Part shown: piece after piece, positions 63,482 to 64,000 of the stretch | Numbering within the stretch: position 1 is the stretch's first letter | Layout: every line of letters starts with the position of its first letter | Assembly (NCBI GenBank): GCA_947164865.1 | Contig: CAMUYA010000016.1 | Coordinates: forward strand, 1,603 to 65,602 | Length of the DNA: 64,000 nucleotides | Reading direction: 5' to 3' | DNA from: an uncultured Lachnospiraceae bacterium | GTDB taxonomy: Bacteria; Bacillota; Clostridia; Lachnospirales; Lachnospiraceae | The notes under the pieces: model-generated | The model's database searches: none | What the model was told of the DNA's origin: nothing | The model's input: the letters and a program-made list of their open reading frames with translations, nothing else | Translations under genes and position numbers: made by a program

Positions 63482-64000
63482 TTAATCAAAGCTTTTCCAC
63501 AGGTCTTTCAGGTTTGTTTCAGTGAGGTCTGTCGCTGATCCCTGCACCATCTGAGGTGACCCGCCGCCCTTGGCGCTGCATATCTTCTGCAAGGCTTTTA
63601 AGGCTTCTCTTGCGTCTCCGTTTTTGATGCCTATGATAAATCTGTAACCGGCTTCATCATTTCCCGCAAAGATGCCGCAGTATCCGGGGTGCAGCTCCGT
63701 AAGCTCGTTTACGCTTTTACGCATAGTAGCGGCATCCATGTCCTCTTCGATCAGTACCACGTTTTCCTGATCGACCGGAATAGATGACCTTTTTATCTCC
63801 GATAGCTTAAGGTCAGCTTCCCTTAGGCGCCCTTTCAGGTTATAGATTTCTTCCTTCAGTTCATCTATTCTGCCCCCTATTTCCTCAAATGGAAGGGAGA
63901 AATCCATCGAAAGCTTTGTCATAAGATCGTTCTCTGCCCTGAACAGCCTTAGAGCCCTGCTTCCGCAAATGATGTGTATGCGCACTCCGCCCTTGTATCT
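63482..64000 (-). CDS. C-terminal part of an alanyl-tRNA editing protein (AlaX-like, tRNA_SAD + DHHA1); 5' end outside the window
   Basis: RYKGGVRIHIICGSRAL, a coiled coil, then KGGGSPQMVQG (DHHA1); the frame is open to base 64000. Confidence 0.85.
   Translation of the reverse strand, partial: RYKGGVRIHIICGSRALRLFRAENDLMTKLSMDFSLPFEEIGGRIDELKEEIYNLKGRLREADLKLSEIKRSSIPVDQENVVLIEEDMDAATMRKSVNELTELHPGYCGIFAGNDEAGYRFIIGIKNGDAREALKALQKICSAKGGGSPQMVQGSATDLTETNLKDLWKSFD

Overview
A 64 kb chromosomal segment, probably from a rumen/gut Lachnospiraceae (Butyrivibrio-like; inferred from gene content only). Nearly all genes are on the minus strand in tightly coupled operons. Housekeeping: murE-priA-def-fmt-rsmB-rlmN-stp-pknB-rsgA, uraA-carB, an EF-G paralogue and a partial AlaX. 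Carbohydrate use: GH2, a domain-permuted GH3, uxuA/uxuB, GH26 and a GH42-like orphan. Signalling: an HD-GYP protein, a hybrid kinase, a STAS/anti-sigma-like pair and a LytTR/GHKL pair. Four accessory signals stand out. (1) A 528-aa protein (54792-56378) carrying the motifs I recall for the Ntox11 predicted toxin domain. (2) A 3073-aa signal-less orphan with internal repeats; it and the Ntox11-like protein each sit next to one of two paralogous tandem-GNAT genes, suggesting an undescribed effector + GNAT partner system. (3) Three consecutive promoters (about 60.2, 61.1 and 63.3 kb) sharing a 21-bp-period LytTR-type direct repeat at a near-fixed distance from a sigma28-like CCGATAA, upstream of a FliD-like gene, a coiled-coil gene and the regulator itself. 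(4) A 381-bp highly folded MITE-like element (23092-23472) with TA ends fused to the uxuB stop codon. No rRNA, tRNA, CRISPR array, transposase or integrase was seen. All family assignments come from reading motifs by eye; no searches were run.
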